From the NCBI GenBank assembly GCA_964035545.1, contig OZ037767.1, positions 8,132,581 through 8,196,580 on the forward strand: a stretch of 64,000 nucleotides of DNA. The letters run 5' to 3'. Shown here piece after piece: positions 25,301 through 40,320 of the stretch. This DNA comes from Bugula neritina. Its lineage: Eukaryota > Animalia > Bryozoa. The position numbers and the translations under genes are program-made. The notes beneath the pieces are model-generated. The model worked only from the letters and a program-made list of their open reading frames with translations, was not told the origin of the DNA and made no database searches. Each line of letters begins with the position of its first letter. Within the stretch, counting starts at the first letter, position 1.

Positions 25301-25796
25301 GGTAAAAATAAAAGTTTTATTATAATTTTGTAAACATATTAAATTTAGATTATGTTTTTATCATTAGAGTTATGAGTGATTTAAAGTGGCAGTGGGAAAC
25401 ATATTTATCTTAACTGACTTAACATTAGGATTTTGCATAGAACCATCAAAAGTTCTTACGTTTACAGAAGGTTTTTTACTGTGATTGTATTTTCTGTCAA
25501 CAAAAGTTGACAAATTGTTCCTGTTAATTTATCGAGCATGCAAACTTTTGCAAGTGAGAATTTTTGTGCTACAAATCACAGACTTTTTAAATGTGTTTGA
25601 AAGCTTTGTTAGCTGTATTTTATGAGATGGTTTATTCTAGGCTATTTCATCCTGCATTTTCAGCAATCATTTGCAATAATTTTATTTTTTTGAGTAATGC
25701 ACTTATTTGTACTTAATCTTTTAAATAAACATACCCGGAATCTCATATCATGGTTGCAGTTTAGTTAATACTGAAGTTTATACATTGCAGTAAAGA

Positions 25797-28700
25797 ATGA
25801 GTAATCAAGTGATATTAGAAGAAGAGTATGACGAAAACTATGAGCCAACTGAAGAAGGTTAGTTGAAACCTCATTACAGTGAATAGTTCATCAAATTCAA
25901 AAAATATGCACTAAATTGTCACCAAAGCAACACGAAATTGTATACAGTATAAGCTGTCCTACCAGCTATGCTGTCTATGTGAGACTTGATGTTGTACTTA
26001 TTGGTTTAATTTACATTTGGCAGCCAGGGATTTCCAAAATAGAATACTGCCTATTGTTTCCTTATTGTTTTTTAAGTTTGGCATATAATTCACATAGATA
26101 CACAGTTTAACAAATAATTACCTCTGCTTTTACCTAACTCTGCTGTTTTGGAGCATGAACAACAACTCTTCAAAAGCTTCATGATTGGTACTCTAATGTT
26201 TTTGCAACATCTACAAATGCATAACATCTGTCAAATATTTTAGCTACAAACTATTATATACAATATATCCAGTTTTGAATTTTTTTATTGTTTACAATTC
26301 ATCAACATAGCCTATGTTTTATTGGTAAACAAAGATTTCAACCTGTAATTTGCTGATTTTTATTGAAATTCTCAATTCTATAAATTGTTAACCATCCTGA
26401 AAGTTTGTGCTTCAAATTTATATTGGATTTCAATAATTGTAGATTTTTTTAGTTACTACATTCATGAAATAAATATAATATATAGTATTCATAAAATGCT
26501 CTTTAATCTATATCAGATTTTTAATTTACTTTCTTGATTAGTTATAGTTAATTTAATACTTTTAGAAGTCGCTGAGTATGCCACACTAATAGGGCTAGAT
26601 ACCGTGAAAGATGAGCACCTCATGTACATTGCTCGGGAGGGTGTGAACGCCCCCTTACCAAAAGACTGGAAACCTGTTCAGGATGTTAGCGGTTAGTGTC
26701 ACTGTCAGTGTTACCAGGTAACAGATATTGTATATATCAGAGCTCTAAAAGCAATAATTGCAGTTCAACACCCTAATGTATTGTAGTAGCGTCATTGTAT
26801 GAGTTACTGTTGTGAATAATATATACTTAGACTTTTCTTTATGTTGACTTAAACTTTTTGTATTCATAATATATTGATTTGGCGTAGATACTATAAAACT
26901 ATTTTAGCAAGCTGACATAAATGTTACTTCTAATTTATTTATTTACTGACAAATGCTTTTCGACTTGCTGAATACTTATTTTATATATTGTTTCTGTTTT
27001 GTTTTTCTATCAACCAATTCAATGAGTTATTATTTCAGGAGATATTTATTACTTTAACTTCAAGACTGGTAGTAGCACTTGGGATCATCCATGTGATGAG
27101 TATTATAAGAATATGGTCATCGAAGCTCGGCAAAAAAATGAAGGTATTTCTTCAGCTGAATTTTTTGTTGCCTAAATTTAGATGTTTTTATTAATTTGTT
27201 TTGTTCTAAAGTATGTAATTATGATTTATGTTTAAAGTAAGGCTTATTTTACTTGTTTGCAAAAACCTGTATAATTAGTCTGATTTTCTGCTTACTTCAC
27301 CAATTATCAAATGGTTAATATTTCTGTGAGATAAGCCCACATTCACAGCAAAGGAATAAGTCTTCCATTGTCATGTTGAAATTCTGCATTATTATTCAGT
27401 AAAGACTACCTACTGTACATAGCAAACTGGTAAAGAATGAAAATGAATTGTTTATGGTGATAGGCAAGTCATTCGAATCTTGTTTCAACAGCACACAGTG
27501 AAGTTAATATATTGCTGCTTCTTTTGCTCTGTCTGGCGCAGCACTAGTACAGTGTTGTTTCATGTGTATAGCAGCGCCTGGGGCAGGAGACAGAGCATCA
27601 CCCGTTGTCGGGAAAAAGAAAAAGAAAGGTGAAGGTAAAAAGAAAAAGGTTAAGGCAGGTGGCCCAGATTCATCTAGTCTTGGGGCTTTAGGTATGTACA
27701 GTGCAATGGTATTAGTAATTCCAACAAACATAATATTTTATACATGTAATAAAACACACAGGTGTCAAGTATAATTAATGTTATAAGATGTTCTGCAGGT
27801 GTGAGTCATAAGTTAGCAGGGTTGTAATTTGTAACATCTGTATTTGGAACAACTTGTTCTATGTAAATTGTTTAACCTTTAGTCCTTGTCGCTGTGTATA
27901 AAGCCACTGTTTTATAGCTCCTTTAAAGTCCAGTGGTGGATTGTCTCCTGGAGGGCTAGCCCCCTTGAAGTCACTTGGAGGCTTATCATCCGGAGTACAG
28001 AAGCCAAGCTCTTTGCTAAATGCACCTGCTGTAAGTCACATGGTTTTATATTATGGTACACAGTGTGTTTAATGTAGTACACAATGTATGTTGCAGTCCG
28101 CACTGTGTTTATAATAGTCTGCAATGTAAGTATTGCAGACAAGTATTATGTTGTATTATGGGTCCACACCGTATGTTGTATTTCAAACTATGTGTATTGT
28201 AGTCCATTAGGTGTGTTATAGTACACAGTGTGTATATTGTAGTCATTGTACTCATATATATAATATATATATATAATATGGGATAGGGTCTAAAATAAAC
28301 TTACCACTATGTACAACTATTTGCAGGCCTTGAAGGGAGCCAGCATGCCATTAATGAGTAAATCAAATGAAACATTTGGGAATGTGCAGATGCTGTCCAT
28401 GTCAGCGAGTGAAGAAGACTCTACTACTAATCTTGATGGTACAAGCAGCATGAAGTACGCTCTTATAATATACCCCATTAATATCTGTATCATAGTGTAC
28501 TATTGGATATGTATGTGTTGTGTTTTATATTAAACAGTCGCAACTAAAATAGTAATAGTATGTCTTTTTCCATGTACATTATTTGGTTGGTTATAGAATT
28601 AAGGCACAACTTTACTCTTTGAGGTTCATATGGCGCAAAAGTTTAATTTTTTTAAATTTTGTGATAAGCACTGATTACCATCACGATTAAATATACAGAC

Positions 28701-31700
28701 AGCACAAATGGTTAGGTTAAGAATAAGAAACGGCTGACACAACTTCTGCTGTGTAATGGTGTGCTCACTGTTTATATCTCATTCTTGTGTCTGCAGTTTC
28801 CCTGGAGCATCTCATGATTATGATTCCTCAGGGCTGGAGCTGTACACAGCCAGTGCTACTGCTAACAAAGTGAGTCTATCTGTCCTGTACTAAAACACTA
28901 GTAGTCATAGTCACAGCTAGCATTCTGTTGATAGTAATAATGATGCTGTAGTGTATCGTATATGCTTTGTTTTCTATGTATGTTTGGGTGCTGTATTAGA
29001 ACAAGTTCGAAAATGTATATTATATGGCAGTGGTCATCATGCTGCCTTGGCCTATCATTTCATAGGTAGTGTCAGCAAGTGCTCCGTGTCTACCGTGACG
29101 TAGAAAATATGTCATGTGCAATTCTGTGATATGCCCATTTTGTTTTGAGATTGTGTTGATAGTAGAATATTTGGTAATGAATTAGGTTTAAAATCTAGTC
29201 TTTAACCAAGTCTTTTTATACATTTTGTGCTTTACATAATATTTGTTGATAGTGCAATTGCATTTAAATGTTGTGCTATATGAAATACTGAATCGTAACA
29301 CTCATGCATCCTGTACTCTAAACCCACACAGACAGACACTCTGGACAACACAACAGATCTCATCAAGTATGGACTGAAAGACATTGACCAGCTGGAGCCT
29401 GTTGTCCCAGTCGGTGCCAGCACGGACATGGATGTGCGAGAGAGCCTTGACTCCTACCAGTCTACGCCTAGAAACGAGCCTCCAAGGCTAGGGAGCAGAT
29501 TCCTTAAAAGTAACCAACCACTGAAGGTAAGAGTTTAAAGCATTCTGCATCCAGGTGTTTTGTAACGGTACAGGAGTTCGTTTACAAGATGTGGCGGTAA
29601 ATATGGGTATGTTGATTTGTTGTGAAAAAGATGCTATTTTTGTAGAATATGTATGTTTCAATATCTAGCCTGGACTCCAGTCATTGTTTCTTAATACTGC
29701 ATGCTCTTACAGTTGTTAACACTCTAGTCCAACACATCATTCATTATACTGTAAATATGTGTACTGTTACTCTATAATGTATTGGAGGATCTTTATAATG
29801 GCAGAACTCCCATTGTAACAATACATCTGAAGTTTTCTTTTTTGCTGTAATCATTGTTTTGAAAAGATTAGCAGTTGCTGATTGTATTTTCTCAGTACAG
29901 TATTTTTCCCTGTGTTAACTTTAAGGCCGTTGATTAAAATTTTCTATCATTGCTGAGTCTGATAGACTTGCTTACTATGCAGAAGCTGTGATTTTTACTG
30001 GTAAACAAATATATGTAGAGATCTTCTATTAACCTTGAAATCAATTACTGAACTCATGCAAGTATCAGATGAGTTTTGCTTTTTTAACACACAAAGTCTA
30101 TATAGCATATGTTCTTGTACAGGTAAACACTCAGGCTCCTCGCACTCTGCCTACTGGAGCACTCTCCGCAGGACCCAAGGCTACTCCTCCAGTTATCAAG
30201 AGTATAGACGAGAGCACAGCAGCCGACACCAGTGAAATACCCACCACAGACGGTGATATATCTCCAGTGAGGCGCAGCATCTTAGCTGGACTTAACCCAG
30301 CTGAAAGTCTGGACGAACAATCCCACCTTCTAGAAGGTTCTGAATCAGAGCAAAGAGGTGAGCATTTTACTTCCTGTGTACAGTTGACCAAGGAGTACAT
30401 GATCTGATGTAATGTATGAGGCAGGCGCGAGGCTTGTGTTGGCTGGCAGTTTGTTGTATCATCTAAACACTCTAGTGCCATGCATGATAGAAGACTAATT
30501 ATGGCTTAGAGTTTGTGTGTGTCTCTATTCTCAAACACCATACATTGATTGTAAGCTTGCTTTAGTGTCTAGAATCTAGATAGATGCTAAAGATGACTTA
30601 ACTGAATTGTTTAGTTGCGTGTAAACTGGATGAGAGATTATAGTCTCATCAGTATCACAGAGGACTCTAGATTCAGATATGTGTGGTACTTGAGAGGTTA
30701 TGTGTGTATGTTTACGAGCTGCATATGCTATTGGTCAATAAATATATGTATACTAAGCTTATAATATGTGCAGTACGTCTCTGTTTGACCTTCAGTATTC
30801 CATGTGTCACTCTCTATGTACTGTGTTACACCAGGTCTTTCACTCGCTATGTACTGTGTTACACCAGGTCTCGCCTTCACAGGGGGCCTTTCCGTAGAGC
30901 CAGTGGTGGAGACAGATGATGATAAAAGGCGTAGGGCAGTTGAAGCTGCTGAGGTCAAGGCAGCTCTTATTGCTAAGGAAACAGAATTGAAGAAAGGAGA
31001 GGAAGCAGAGCTGGCTGCTCTCAGAGAGAAGTATGACAGACAGCTGGAGGAGTTGAAGAAGAAGCTAGAGAGTGAAGTAGAGAACACAAAGATTGAACTT
31101 CTGGAGGAGAAAGATTCGGAGATCAACAGACTAAAGGTGGGTGGCTGCCGCTCTGCTGTCAACCAATTCTCTTCTTTCATACTAACCTCTCTGTAGACAC
31201 AAATCATTACATATTCATTGTGTAATTTTAGTTTAAGATAGCATAACTTCTGTTGGAGCTCTACTCTCAATTATTGAAAGTTTCTCTTAGAGTTTTATTA
31301 TTTACCTTCACCATTGTATAGTTAAAGCCTCAAGTCTCTGGTCGCTTTTCTAACTTTAACTCTGGTACTGCTCTTGTATCACTCTCACTCTAGTACTGCT
31401 CTTGTATCACTCTCACTCTAGTTCTGCTCTTTCATTACTTTGACTCAGGAAAGGCTTTTATTAATGTCTTCTGCTATATATTTCAAAGTCCAGTTGTATA
31501 TTCATTTGCATTTTCTTTTACTCTAACTTGATTATCAAGCTGCTATAGTATGCTGGTTGTCTTGCTATATCATTGTATGAATATATTCGCTAGTACTCAA
31601 ATGTCAGCTTATAGACTCACTTTCATTATAGTGACATCATAGTAGACCAAGTTTCTACAGTGAGTTTTTACTTGACTGTGACTGTATTTCCTGAGTTAAC

Positions 31701-34700
31701 TGTTGATAAGAAGTCAGTGTATGTTTTCTCTTGTATCAACAGGTTTAATTCTGCTTATAGCAGGTCTATAACTTTCAACATACTCATAGTATTGATTATT
31801 GATGTATTTATTACATCCAGTGCATTGAATGTAAGCCTGGAGCAACAACCCATTTCACCTGCTTTAGATTTGCCCAGGCTATTAAAGTTGTATATTATAA
31901 ATCAGGTGTTGATGAATAGTCATTGTTTTAGTATTGTAGCCCTCCAGGTCATTGTGTTAATTTGTTGTTTTAAAATTAAGAGTTGTTGGGATTATTTGGA
32001 GGAATTTACTACTACATTGTTGGTTACATATTCAACAGTCAGCTGGTGTGTTATGTAACAATACACTTTCCATACACATGGCTATACTCTGTATTGTTTT
32101 TGGCAGCTCTGTATACACAGCTGTCAATCTATAGTAACTTTTCTACCCTGCATTGGTTATAATGTAGCAATGCTTTCAGTATAATGCTCTAGTTCAGTAT
32201 TTTTCAACACAAAGAAGAAGCATGTGAACAAACTCACTGGGAAGAAAAAATGTCAAAACTGTGGTGTAACAGCACTGCAGCTAGTATGTTTATATTGTAT
32301 TGTGTGTAGGCTGGTTGATTAAGGCCAGGGCTGTCCAACAGGCAGCCCCAGGGCCGGATGTGGCCCCAGCCTACATTTATGTGGCCCTCAATGGCATAAA
32401 GTTAAACTTAGTTTTTATTTTAATTAGAGTGAAAAACCACCTTATTTCTACACATACTACAAAACATGCAGCCTGCAGTAACTATTGGAACTTTGTTGTG
32501 TAAGGATTCATAAGAATCTGAAATAAAATAATTTGAAAAATACTGATTCTGTGGCCCCCAGCACAAGCTGAAGTTTACAATGTGGCTCTCGCCACAGAAT
32601 ATTCCCTTTCAGTGGCCCTCGCTCTGAAGAGGTTGGACACTTCTGGTTTAAACCGACGGTCTTTACCTTGTAGCAGTGCTTTATTTTATTTAAAAGTTAG
32701 ATTTAGTTGTTACAGTAAAATTTAGAGTATAAATAAAAGTATATTTTTAATCTGCCTTCCACTTTCCATTCAATGCAACCTAGAAGTACTGTACTGTACC
32801 TCTAGCGGTATTTTACAGAGAGAGTTGGAAGCAGAGCGGGTGGTGGAAGAGTCCCGACTCAAAGACACACATAGAGATGAGATATCAAGTCTACAGAAAC
32901 AGATGGACACAAAGACTAGTAAGGAGAAAGAGGATCTTCAGAAAAAGTTCAGAGCAGAACTGGAGGAATTCAAGCAGAGGGCAGAGGAAGAACACAACTC
33001 CCAATTGACTAATCTCAAGCAGGAGAATGAGGCTAAGTAATGTGATATGAAGTTGTTACTGCTTGTTGCTACTGTAGTACTGCATCTAGTTACTGTGCCG
33101 CTGCATACCGTTATTATGGTACTGCCAATTTTACAAACTATACAGCCGTCAATCTTGTAACTATTAAAACGTATTCTTAGATCTAATAGTTCTGTGTGAT
33201 GCAATTTAACATTTTAATATTTGTAGTTACATGTGTATGCAACTGTAGATAGATATACATATATAATATAGATAATATAATATTGTTCTGTTTCAGAGTT
33301 GCAGATTTAAGGGAGAGCCTTGAAGATCTCAGCTCTTTGAAGAAGAAGGAACTCGACTCGGCTCTAGAGAAGATTCGAGAAGAAATACGGCAAGAACTTG
33401 AAGGGCAGAATAAAGAGGAGAGGAGAAAGCTGGAGCTGGACTATAAGAAGTTCGTAGACTTATTGAGATAATAATCATTGTATAATGAGTATTATATATT
33501 GTGTGAACTGTAAGCATCTTGCTAGATGTTAGTTGTTGTGGCTTTCTTTTGGGGTCAGGCAGGTCTTGTCAGGCACAGGGCGTAGTCTATCAACTATGAG
33601 TTTGTCCCTACAGGAGATGTTGTATCAGCTATACAATATTCTGATGTTAATTCATTCTTTGTTGATGACTTCATAGTAAGCAGCAGAATCTAAGAAATAA
33701 TTTGGAGCAGGAGATGAAGGAGATGGAAAAGCAGCTGCAGAATGAATTTAATGAGAAGAAAGACAACCTTAGAAATCAGGTAAAGCTGTAAGAGAGTATA
33801 TAGCAATTTCACTGCAGTCATTGTTTTCTACGTATTAAAATAGATATGTGTTTAGTTGTTCTTCTTTAACTCAGCATCTCTCTGGTTACTTGTGATGTAC
33901 CAGGTCTGTACTAGTTTGTACTAGTAAGGGTTGAGGTTTATAAGAGCTATATTTTACATATTCTCTTTTTGGTGACTATTGACTCAGATATATTCAGTCT
34001 CATTGTTAGCTTTTCACTAAAACTTCTACCATGTTTCTCTCAACTACACCAGTATATGTATATATAAACATCAAGTAACTGCCATGACAGCGTATGCAAC
34101 TCTCTACTCTCTCGTTATTGTCTTGTCATTAGCTCAACTCTGACCACGTGAAAAAAATGGAGGAGATGAAGAGGGAGATCGGAGAAGTGCAAGAGGCTGA
34201 GCGACAGCAGAAAGAGGAGGAATTGGCTAAGGCTAAGGAGAGTCAGCGTCTAGTCAGCGGTCTGGAAACAGATCTGCAGCAGCTACTTGATGACAAGAAG
34301 GCTCAACTCAAGGTATGTTCTACTGATTTGATGTCACACAGGCTCTTATCTATAGTATCAATTTGAGCCATCTTGGTCAGTTTTCACATGAGGACATAAC
34401 TCCAAATTATACAACTGAAACCTTTTTCTTCATATCAATTAAATATTGATTTGTCTTTTAATACTTTATCCTAATATTTACCAATCTGTTTCACTTCTAT
34501 TTATTTTGCTACACCTTACTGTTAATTGAGTATTAAAGTTATACACTGCTTGAGTACAATTAAGCCAGTATAATTATACAATCTAATTTATACCTGTATG
34601 TTATCATCCCCAGGGTGTAAGTGCAGCTGCAGAAGTTGATATTTCTGTCTTGGTATATTTAGAGTGTACATTCTATAATCTAGTGGCTCGAACTAAGACT

Positions 34701-37700
34701 CTCTGACTATTCTAATACGCTAATCTAGTTGGTGTGTTGTGACGATAACTCCAGTATCTACTATCTAGCTGTTTTATACTCCAAGCATGCTTACTTGCGT
34801 CATTATTTTGTACTTAAAAATCTCTAGTCATCTCCATGTTGCAAGGTTTTAGTTTCTCTAACTTACTAAATTTTAGTCACCATGGTTACATCAATTACTT
34901 ACTCGGTGTAAGTGATGTTGAAATGGCCTGCTATTATGTCGAGCTATACGTGGGGTTCTTAATCAAATGACCACTGGGCACTGGCATATACTGTCCATAT
35001 ATTCTTCATACTAGAATAACACTATTGGATGCTAACACTTGTAGTGACTATTAATTGTTTCATTCTAGTTTAGACGGTAGTATGTCATTTACTTAGATAA
35101 TGGAATTTCTTTGTTACTTTGTATTGAGCATCTCATTCTCTACTTCTTGTTCTTCTAAGGATTTACTAACAGCTTGTTTTTCGGATTTTAATTTTTTTTC
35201 ATGATTTTAAAGCCTGTAAGCTATTTTACCGCATCAAATATTGTGGGTATTGTTTTGACTCGTGGGTTGCTAATTCTCTTATTTGATATACCATGTAGGC
35301 TGTGTTACCAGCAGATGGAATGTGTTACTAGCAGATAAACTGTGTCCTTAGCAGATATACTCCGTTACTAGCATATATACTATGTTTTTAGCAGATAAGC
35401 TGTGTTACTAGTTAGCAGAAATGTGCAATCCATTAAAGTGAAAAGCCTTTTAAATTATTTTTAATGTCGTATATTTTTGCATTCATAATTTGTAGAATGA
35501 GTTCATGAATTAAATTAATTCATGGGTTCATTAAAATTTGCATTCACAGTTTTAACAATTTGTTGCTCCACGTTTGATTGGAAAACTGCTAAATGCAAAA
35601 TACTCAGGGTGATATTTTATAATCACTCAGTGGTTGCTGAATTAAAATGTCTTGAGTTTCATATTTAAATATTCTTTTAGCTTCTAATTTCAATTACTTT
35701 CAAAGTATTTGCTAAATATAGTATGTTGGAGATTTCCTCACAATATAGCTTTAGGCTTAAATATTGTGTAATTTAGTTATATTCATGTAGCAATCTCTGT
35801 AAACGCTACTCTACACCTACATGATGCTGTTATATGTAATGGATATTCCTGCCCTCCAGGTTCAACATGATAGTGAGTTGACGAGGTACAAGAGAGACTT
35901 GGAATCCAAGACGCAGCTGAAGAAGACGGAGTTGTCTACTGCTGATATGACTCAGAGAACTAATCTGGAGCAGGAACATGAGGAAGAAATTTCTAAGGCA
36001 AGAAAAGACTTTGAGAAGTTGAGAGATAGCATGAGGCTAGACCACAAGGAGCGGATAAGCAGGTAAAGTCTTTATCAATATGGTTAATTGCATTGTATTG
36101 TGTAGGTAAAGGTTGTAGCTTTAAAGTAGATGTTTGAACTGTAGTTTGAGTTTTATTTGCGTAAATCATGAGTGGTGAGGTTGATCTTAGTATGACCTTG
36201 AACTTACAGCACTGGTGGAATTACTCTGTTCATTATTATAAGCTGCATATATACCGCACAGTATTCTTTACTCTTTAGTTGGTGAACACAAGAGCCGTGT
36301 TTGTACATTGCAGCTCTTCATAAAAATATTTTAGTTAATTACAAGCAGTTTCTAGTGAATTTTTCTCAGTTAATAGAGTGTCTACAAATAGTGGCGGTAC
36401 TATATTCAACCTGTGGTCTGTTTTAGTATCCTTTAATCATTTTACACTTTGTAAATAATACTACGTTATTTTTGCTGTGGATAAAACAAGCAAGCAAGTT
36501 AGAAGTGTATTGTAAAGGTTTTTAAATGACTAAAATTTTATGAAATTGTTTTTTTTTATCGCTTTGTATCATCACGCACATGTTGATTACAGGTTGAAAT
36601 TGAACTTAGATGAGGAAGAAAGGGAAGTTGAAGATAAGTCTCGGGCCATGGAGGAAAGAAAAAGGGCGCTTGATGAAGACCAGATATCTCTGGAGAAATT
36701 CTCAAAAGAGTTGGCTGAGAGGAGAGAGAAGTTGACAAAGCTAGAGAAAGGTAGGCTATGCATTAGTATATGTTGTATTAGCTTAGAATACTTGTAAGTT
36801 TACCCAGAATACACTAGTTCACTTCCTTCTTGGGAAGTATTAGTTCAAGGTATATTAAAGTTTGACCAGTTATTTCCGTAGCTGGTATCTCACTGTGCAA
36901 TCATTTGAATAGTCTGCATAAGCAATGATTTGGTTTAATTTAAAATTGGAACTAAAATTTTGATATGCAGCCAACAATACATAGATAACTTTTCAAGGCT
37001 AAATAAAGTGTTCATGTAAAAAAAATTTTCTCTTTTGTTATGACACCAGCTTATTTCACTTCACCATCTTTTTGCAATAAAATTTTCTTTTTTCTGCTAT
37101 AGTCCTTGAGTCTACTGGTTTATGTTGGTCACATATTATAGAGAGTTTGGGTGCTGATTAGTTCCATAGATAAGGTTAGTATTTCCTGTTTGTTTAAAGA
37201 CTTGAAGAGAGACGAGACAAGAGTAGGCAGTGCTGAGAAGGAAAGGGAGGAGTTAGTAGAGGAATTGTCCACTCTCAGACAGTCTCTGGATGAAACTCGT
37301 GACAAGTTGGAGAAATCCAACATCAGCCGCAAGTTGTTGGAAGAAAAACTTAAGGATTCTGAAACAGCTGCAAAAGTATAAAAAATATATACTTTCTCTC
37401 CTTTTATAACTGTATATAATTCTCAGTATTATTATTGTTATATTAATGGTAAATTCTTTCTTCTATTGAAGTAATATATTATACTGCGTCGTAATATATA
37501 TTTCTCTACTGTAGTAATATTTTTGCTATTTTATACTAAAATATTACGCTTATTAATTTTATATGTTGATGAATTTATGAATCTCAACATTATACACTCG
37601 TTCCATCTCCAAGTTTATTTAAGTATATTATTATAGTGTAGACTTTAGAGCGTTTTGTGGGTTTATATATAAGGAGGGCACTTGTCACAAATCAGTTGAC

Positions 37701-40320
37701 TGAAATTAGTAATTCCGTTGCATCGCAAGGTTAACCACAATCTCTATATAAGTTAGCCTTGTTATGTGTTAGGAGAAAGCTGGGGAAGTGGAGAGGTTGA
37801 GGAAGCAGGGCAAGTCTAGGATTCACAAGAAGCATGTCAGGACTGTAACAGACTCTGATAAGGAGAACAATCAGGGTGATGATAGTCGTCTCTCCATGGA
37901 GGACCTGGAAAGTGACGAGGCAACTATTGGGAAGAGATCAAGTAGACATAGATCTCTAGACGATAGTGACATTATAGTGTGAGTAGACAACTCTGAAATG
38001 TGCTTTTAACTTATTTTGAAGTTGTTTTACTAGATTTAGTGGACATTTAGTTCAACATTTTTACGCATATTTTGTTATGTAAAATGATGATACACTATAT
38101 TTTTTTTAATTTTGGTTCCCATCATTATATTTTTTGAGTTAAAGTATTTATGATATAATTCTGTCAGCAGAAACCGGCACTCCCGGAATCATTCAGACTC
38201 TTATCTCTCATTGGACGACACGTCGATGTCCTCAGACTACCCTCAGGTGGGAGGTAAAAGCATGCGGCGAATCATCAACTCGGAAAATGCTGTTCAGATT
38301 GCCAAGCGTTACCTTAGAAAGCACGCCAAGTCCTTGAAGGTGAGTCTCGGTACACTCATAGCTTCTCTGCATGATACTGCAGCAGACGTGTAGCCTGTGT
38401 TCTGTGATATTGTAGGATGCCGGGGATGCGTGGACTGAGACTAAGCGCCGTCTGCGGACATCTAGTGGGAAATACCACCCCCTGACTAAGAGGTATTTAA
38501 CTGAGTCAGAGTCTGACAGTGATGTCACTGATCTGGCTGACCTTGACACTGCTGAACTACAGCTGAGAATAAACCGCAGGTCAGTGCCAGTCTGTACTGT
38601 GTGTGCTTAGAGATTTGGTATTCACATGCATGTATTTGATTCAAAGCAGACTGAAATGGATTCCCAAAACTTATGTTACCATCCAAATTCGGAATGACTG
38701 TAAAACAAAAAAAATATTTATTTATAAGCTAAATATTTGTTTCTTATTGACATTTTTCACAATCATGTGATACCAGTTTTAGAAATAAAACTGTAGTTTG
38801 TCTCGTCTTTGTGTGAATATTTGGCGTTACATAAAACTGTATTGCAAAACACACCAGATAAATGCATTGACTACATGCAATTCATTTTATCTAAATAATA
38901 TGTGATTTTTGTTTTATAAACCAAGTAATTATATTCAAGTATTCAAATCAATATTATAGAATGGACAACCTACTCTCTCCTCACAAGGATATTCTACCCA
39001 CAAGTCCTCAGTCCCCGCCCACACTTCCTGCTTCCTCTCCTCTGACTCAGCTGCAGAATCTGTCAACCTACGACGCCACAGTCAGACTACAGCAGGCAAC
39101 TCAAACCACTTCTCCGCGCACCTTCCCTCAGACCACCCAAACAGCTCGACCCAGCACACAACCTCAGCACATTCAAACAGATTCCCCTCAGTCCGCTTTG
39201 GTGAGTCCATCATGCTGTTAGCTAGTACCATGTGCTGCTTACAATTCGCTTATTATCTACAAGTTTTTTTTCCAATAAATAGCTTTTTTATTGGAATTAA
39301 TATAAACTTCTCCAGTAATGTAACATGAGTATTAGTATATAAGTAAATGACAGCCTAAATTGTGTCCTTGTAACAGCTGTATGAGTTCAATTGTTGTAGT
39401 TTAATAGAGATGTGTATTTACCACTGAAGACTAAATAAAAGAGAGTGAATGACCTAAAGTGCTTACTTTATTTATTAGTCTAAAGAATAGATTTCCTGTG
39501 GTAGTCAAAATAGCTGTGCAATAATCTCTTATGATAATAATCATGATGTGTTATTGAATAAGTTCATCTCAGTCTGGTTTTGGTTATTTGTAGCCCTATT
39601 CTATGCCATACTTGCCATCGTACTCTGGGGGTGTCCCTAACCTCTCCTACAGTAATCCTTATATAGACAACCCTAAAGGAGACTATGTTTGGGGTACTAT
39701 GTATGACCATGCTGAGAAGGTGCTGGAAAGAAAGTGGAGGACATACTTTGGTCCTAGTTCTACATTGTCAACCAGTATGTGGCTCATGTATTCAGTTCAT
39801 AGAGTTGATTTACAAGCACATGTATGTGTGGATGTATGTTCTAATAGTTTTATTAACTTTCGCTATTTTTTGTACAAAATTTGTTCATAGTTTAACTAAT
39901 GGATGTCACTAGTTGTGCAGTATTTTCTATGTATTCATAGATTTTCTGAATAAATGGATTTTCTTTCATAAATAGATGTATTCTAATTTTTCTCATAATT
40001 TAAACATTTTTTGTTTGTCTAGATATGCTTTACGGAAATGAAATTACCATATTAGTTGCTTAACGGATAATAAATGCCGTTTCAAGCATATACCACATGT
40101 GCAATCAGCACTATGTGTTGTAGGTTTGAGACACGTACCATTTACATCATCCACCTCGCCAGCTCTAAAAGGCCTCGGCAGCTCTAAACACTACAGATCT
40201 AGCATCAGTTCCTCGAGACCAGCCTCTGTCGATATCTCTGGTAAAATCTCTGAGCAGAAGCGGTGGGTCGAAGAGTTTAGTAAGAGTCTACCACACCGTG
40301 CAGTATCCGGAGCATTTTAA
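25797..40320 (+). CDS. CEP164: Centrosomal protein of 164 kDa (distal appendage protein; N-terminal WW domain, long coiled coil), about 1258 aa
   Basis: 23 phase-consistent exons: 25797-25857, 26566-26691, 27039-27143, 27572-27691, 27918-28030, 28327-28454, 28797-28869, 29332-29526, 30123-30357, 30868-31136, 32819-33036, 33297-33449, 33677-33779, 34133-34312, 35860-36062, 36593-36750, 37200-37375, 37773-37978, 38168-38339, 38416-38579, 38960-39200, 39594-39774, 40124-40320 (TAA). Diagnostic N-terminus [21 protein letters not shown]...[16 protein letters not shown]...[19 protein letters not shown], a Lys-rich tract, E/K-rich coiled coils and a C-terminal KWRTYF motif. Confidence 0.92.
30807..30871 (+). 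repeat. 33-bp tandem duplication of a CEP164 3' splice site
   Basis: TCACTC(T/G)CTATGTACTGTGTTACACCAG|GTCT occurs twice, with the AG ending at 30834 and 30867. Confidence 0.9.
31358..31432. repeat. 28-bp intronic minisatellite, nearly three copies
   Basis: Unit ACTCTAGTACTGCTCTTGTATCACTCTC. Confidence 0.8.
32326..32645. mobile_element. Non-autonomous hAT(Charlie)-like MITE, copy 2 (inverted relative to copy 1)
   Basis: TIRs CAGGGCTGTCCAAC ... GTTGGACACTTCTG; homologous to 8913-9252. Confidence 0.8.
35300..35412. repeat. Degenerate 20-bp intronic minisatellite, about 5.5 copies
   Basis: Approximate unit TGTGTTACTAGCAGATA(A/T)AC. Confidence 0.75.

Noticed and set aside
30728-31270. Minus-strand 180-aa Ser/Phe-rich ORF and similar antisense ORFs over CEP164 and SAE1 exons
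   Set aside because: They are antisense shadows of real coding exons.
36426-36434. U12-type donor consensus GTATCCTTT in a CEP164 intron
   Set aside because: It is mid-intron with no upstream exon in frame; the flanking exons join correctly through ordinary GT-AG sites.
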